DNA of 52,251 bases, from contig NMRA01000076.1 of the NCBI GenBank assembly GCA_002633005.1, forward strand, positions 508,590 to 560,840. The letters are read 5' to 3'. Positions 48,606 to 52,251 of the stretch are shown here, one piece after another (the first letter of the stretch is position 1; the number at the start of each line of letters is the position of its first letter). The notes beneath the pieces were generated by a model. The model ran no database searches. It was not told where the DNA came from and was given only the letters and a program-made list of their open reading frames with translations. Made by a program: the position numbers and the translations under genes. The DNA comes from Phoronis australis (Eukaryota > Animalia > Phoronida).

Positions 48606-49659
48606 TCATAATATGCAAGATTTAGTCACATTCGGCAAACAAAAAATAATAATACAATACAAAAGATAAACATTGAACAAATTATTTCTTTTCTCATCAA
48701 AATTGCTCATGCTTAATGGCTCATTTCTCAGAACCAGGCAGCGGGAAACGAAGTTTTAAGTCCAGTCATCAAGGAAAAACATTGCGATAATGGCTGCAGT
48801 TTGACTGATGGTACATCCGGTATACCAACGGACAGGAGTGAGAAGAAACACCTTTCTACATAAATGAGTAGGCCTAGGTCGTGACAATAAAATTTCTTAC
48901 CCATCGCACTAGTCACTTGAGTTCATCGATCGATTAGGCTACAAAGCTACAACTGTGTTATTCATTTTTCATTTTGAGGTGACAAAATTACGTCCTATTG
49001 TTCACTTTATTCTACTGCCTGAAGTCAAGTTTCTTGTCATATGACAAACAAACTCGGCGTGAGAGCGGTAGACATTTTAAATCATAGGAAGTAGTGTGTA
49101 CAAGCGCTTGGAGTAAAATCAAGTTGTTAATACTGAACTTAATAAAGATTCATGCTTGTAACGCACGTGAAATGTTCTGACAACCCTCTGACGTAATGGG
49201 TTCCCTTTCATAGAGGAAGGAAGGAAGACGAGCCAACTGGTTGTAATATATTCTATTAGATTTTTGAACTACTGGCTATGAGGGCTGGCTATGAGTTCCT
49301 CCTATTTTTATCAACCGGGTATTCTTGGAAAGCCAGGATATATTTTTGAAGACTACTCATACTCGTTGCCAACCAGAATAGATCAAAATATTTGGGTCGT
49401 GTTCTCCTAGTAATCTTTAAAATATTCCAGGCAAGTTTTTCCGTCATTCTTCACAAATTCCTCAGTTCGTGAAACCGGGGATAAAAGCAAACGTGGATCC
49501 TAGCCACTTGCTGACAATCACACCCCTAGATGGCCTCTGTCGCTTTAGCCTGCAACGACTCCTTGAGGTGGAGTTGGCTGCCTGGAAATAATGAATGCAT
49601 GTGCATATATATATATATACCACAAACAACACACATCCTTCCACAAATAGAATGGCTCT

Positions 49660-50671
49660 CTTGAAACTGTAGAAATAATAATATTTGCTATGTACAACCA
49701 TGTATCAATGGCTCCTCCCAGTATTCCTAAAGAGGTAATTCGAGATTTGTTGTTACTTTGCACTACAAAAGTACCTTTTAGGAACATCGATGGCAAACTG
49801 TATTTACAAACCAATGGTGTATCCATGGGATCACCTCTTGGACCAAACTTTGCTGATTTTTACATGTGCAACATTGAAGCTAAGGTTATTGATAGTCTTC
49901 AGGAAAAGCCGAACATGTACTGCAGGTATGTTGATGATATCTTTATGATTGTCAACCATGATAAGCTGATGGAGATCAAACTCTTTAGAGCAAAATTCTG
50001 TCTTAAAATTCACGCATGAATTACCAGTTAACAACAAGCTACCGTTCTTAGACATGCTTATTGATTATGATGAATCTGGCATTAAAACCTCAGTATACAG
50101 GAAACCTACATATGATGGGGTTTGTTTACATGAAACTAGCCAATGTCCTCTGAGATATAAATTCTCTGTTTTGACAAGCTTTTTGAAAAGAGCATATTCC
50201 GTTTGCTCAGACTGGAAAACCTTCAACACTGAGTGTAATCGCATCAAGCAAATTATGATAAATAACGGTTACAGCAATAAGTTTGTTGATGAGAATGTGA
50301 AGCTTTTCATAAGCCAGTTGCAGAAACCTATGTGTTTAAAACAAGCAAGTGGTTGTACCAAAAAACTATTCTACCGCAACCAATTCCATTCATGTTATAT
50401 TGAAGATGAACGAGTTTTAAAACGGATCATCCATGATAATGTTAAGACCGTTAAGCCAGAAGACAGCTTTAAATTAATTATATATAACCAAAACCACAAA
50501 ACTAAAGATCTTGTTGTTAAAAACAATATGTGCTCAAAGTCTGTCCGAGTGTTAGCCAAAACTGACTTGATTTATCAGTTCAATTGTCCCCACAACGAAT
50601 GTATTCGTTCAAACACTGATTGCTCAAGGTATGTTGGTTATACAACTTGCACTTTATCTCGCCGGTTATCT
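49660..50671 (+). mobile_element. Penelope-like retroelement, 5'-truncated RT plus start of the GIY-YIG domain, frameshifted, running into a gap
   Basis: GKLYLQTNGVSMGSPLGPNFADFYM and RYVDDIF; frameshift near 49983; then LKFTHE...KLPFLD...TSVYRKPT, NNGYS, and LIYQFNCP...YVGYTTCTLSRRL. Confidence 0.9.
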
Positions 50672-51268
50672 NNNNNNNNNNNNNNNNNNNNNNNNNNNNN
50701 NNNNNNNNNNNNNNNNNNNNNNNNNNNNNNNNNNNNNNNNNNNNNNNNNNNNNNNNNNNNNNNNNNNNNNNNNNNNNNNNNNNNNNNNNNNNNNNNNNNN
50801 NNNNNNNNNNNNNNNNNNNNNNNNNNNNNNNNNNNNNNNNNNNNNNNNNNNNNNNNNNNNNNNNNNNNNNNNNNNNNNNNNNNNNNNNNNNNNNNNNNNN
50901 NNNNNNNNNNNNNNNNNNNNNNNNNNNNNNNNNNNNNNNNNNNNNNNNNNNNNNNNNNNNNNNNNNNNNNNNNNNNNNNNNNNNNNNNNNNNNNNNNNNN
51001 NNNNNNNNNNNNNNNNNNNNNNNNNNNNNNNNNNNNNNNNNNNNNNNNNNNNNNNNNNNNNNNNNNNNNNNNNNNNNNNNNNNNNNNNNNNNNNNNNNNN
51101 NNNNNNNNNNNNNNNNNNNNNNNNNNNNNNNNNNNNNNNNNNNNNNNNNNNNNNNNNNNNNNNNNNNNNNNNNNNNNNNNNNNNNNNNNNNNNNNNNNNN
51201 NNNNNNNNNNNNNNNNNNNNNNNNNNNNNNNNNNNNNNNNNNNNNNNNNNNNNNNNNNNNNNNNNNNN

Positions 51269-51300
<32 letters not shown>
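50672..51300. other. Assembly gap (N 50672-51268) followed by (CA)n(TA)n
   Basis: A run of N followed by a microsatellite. Confidence 0.95.
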
Positions 51301-51301
<1 letters not shown>

Positions 51302-51981
51302 CATACATAGATACGTCGTGTGCTGATTTTCCCGTCTTTCTGATGTATCCGTCTAGCCTTTGCTGCATGACGTTATGTAGGGATACAGTTTACACACAGT
51401 CTAGACGATATCCAATAGGGGTCTCTGGAACTTATAGATTTTTGCACCTTTCTATACGTTATCGCGCCAGTAGTTTTAGATTTCTATCCTCTAACGATGA
51501 CTTCTATTCTAATCGAACATCCTGGGCTAAATGTGTATTATGAATTCATGTTTCTTTTCGTTTTCAACATGAATATCTGACAGCTGTTGCACCGTGTGCC
51601 AAAACAAGTTAGAGTGAATGTCTTCTGAATTTATGAGAGGATTCTGTAAAAGCTAAAACCGCCAGAAGTAGCGTAATGCCACGAAAAGTTGTTGACAACT
51701 TAATAACTCAATCACACACGCATACGCACACGTACGCACACGCACAATGTCGACATATACTGTTGCCCGAGCGACAACCAGTGCGGGGTTATCCATTAAG
51801 CTAAATGAGCTACAGCGTGGTACCCTACCTTGTAGAAAAGGGGGACCAACACTAATTTTTGTTTGTAACTCTCAAAGTAGCCAAACGCGCTTTCTGCACA
51901 AGAACCGAACATTTGATTTAAACCACTTACTTGTTTCAACTGACGTCTTACACGTATGAGAAGTGTTTCAGCTTGCCAAGT

Positions 51982-52149
51982 CATAGGCGGGTCCAGTGGG
52001 TGGGGGATCAAGGGGGTCCGGACCCCTCCCTTTTCCCCTTGATTTTAGTGATATCAAAGCTAGAATTTTCAAATTGTTGACTAGGACCCCCTTTTTAACA
52101 AAATCTTTGATCTGACCCCCTCTTTTAAAAACCCCTGGATCCGCCCCTG
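51982..52149. mobile_element. hAT-like MITE
   Basis: TIRs CATAGGCGGGTCCAG and CTGGATCCGCCCCTG; the TSD is not clear. Confidence 0.6.
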
Positions 52150-52251
52150 AAAGAAGTGACAGTTCGTAATCTCTTGAGACCATGCTCGGTCCACAAAATG
52201 ACACACCAGTTTGGAGAGCTTCTCTTTCAAAGCACTGAAGTCGCCTCCAAA

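Noticed and set aside
50580-51543. Long ORFs of 200-400 aa near the window end
   Set aside because: They are open only because of the N run.

Overview
Eukaryotic (animal, most likely marine-invertebrate) AT-rich genomic DNA with GT-AG spliced genes, many transposon relics and two assembly gaps. Three genes can be rebuilt exon by exon. TMEM65 is on the - strand (5 exons visible, 3' end outside the window). PPT1, palmitoyl-protein thioesterase 1, is on the + strand (8 exons, 308 aa) and lies head-to-head with TMEM65, with only 287 bp between the start codons. A PLEKHJ1-like PH-domain gene is on the - strand (7 exons, about 198 aa), tail-to-tail with PPT1, with a Pro-rich tail ending in a clathrin-box-like LIDL. 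The most striking element is a non-coding miniature LTR retrotransposon (TRIM) whose 152-bp LTRs contain a tRNA-like Pol III promoter (A and B boxes). It has a tRNA-Ser-type PBS, a PPT and 4-bp TSDs. It occurs as an LTR-int-LTR-int-LTR tandem array in PPT1 intron 1, as a solo LTR in TMEM65 intron 1, and as older relics, always in first introns close to promoters. Other mobile DNA includes a THAP-bearing Kolobok-like element nested in an LTR relic, Penelope-like RT/GIY-YIG relics with hammerhead-like motifs, an L2/CR1-group LINE 3' end, several MITEs, a tRNA-SINE and minisatellites. Family names come from recalled motifs; no database search was run.
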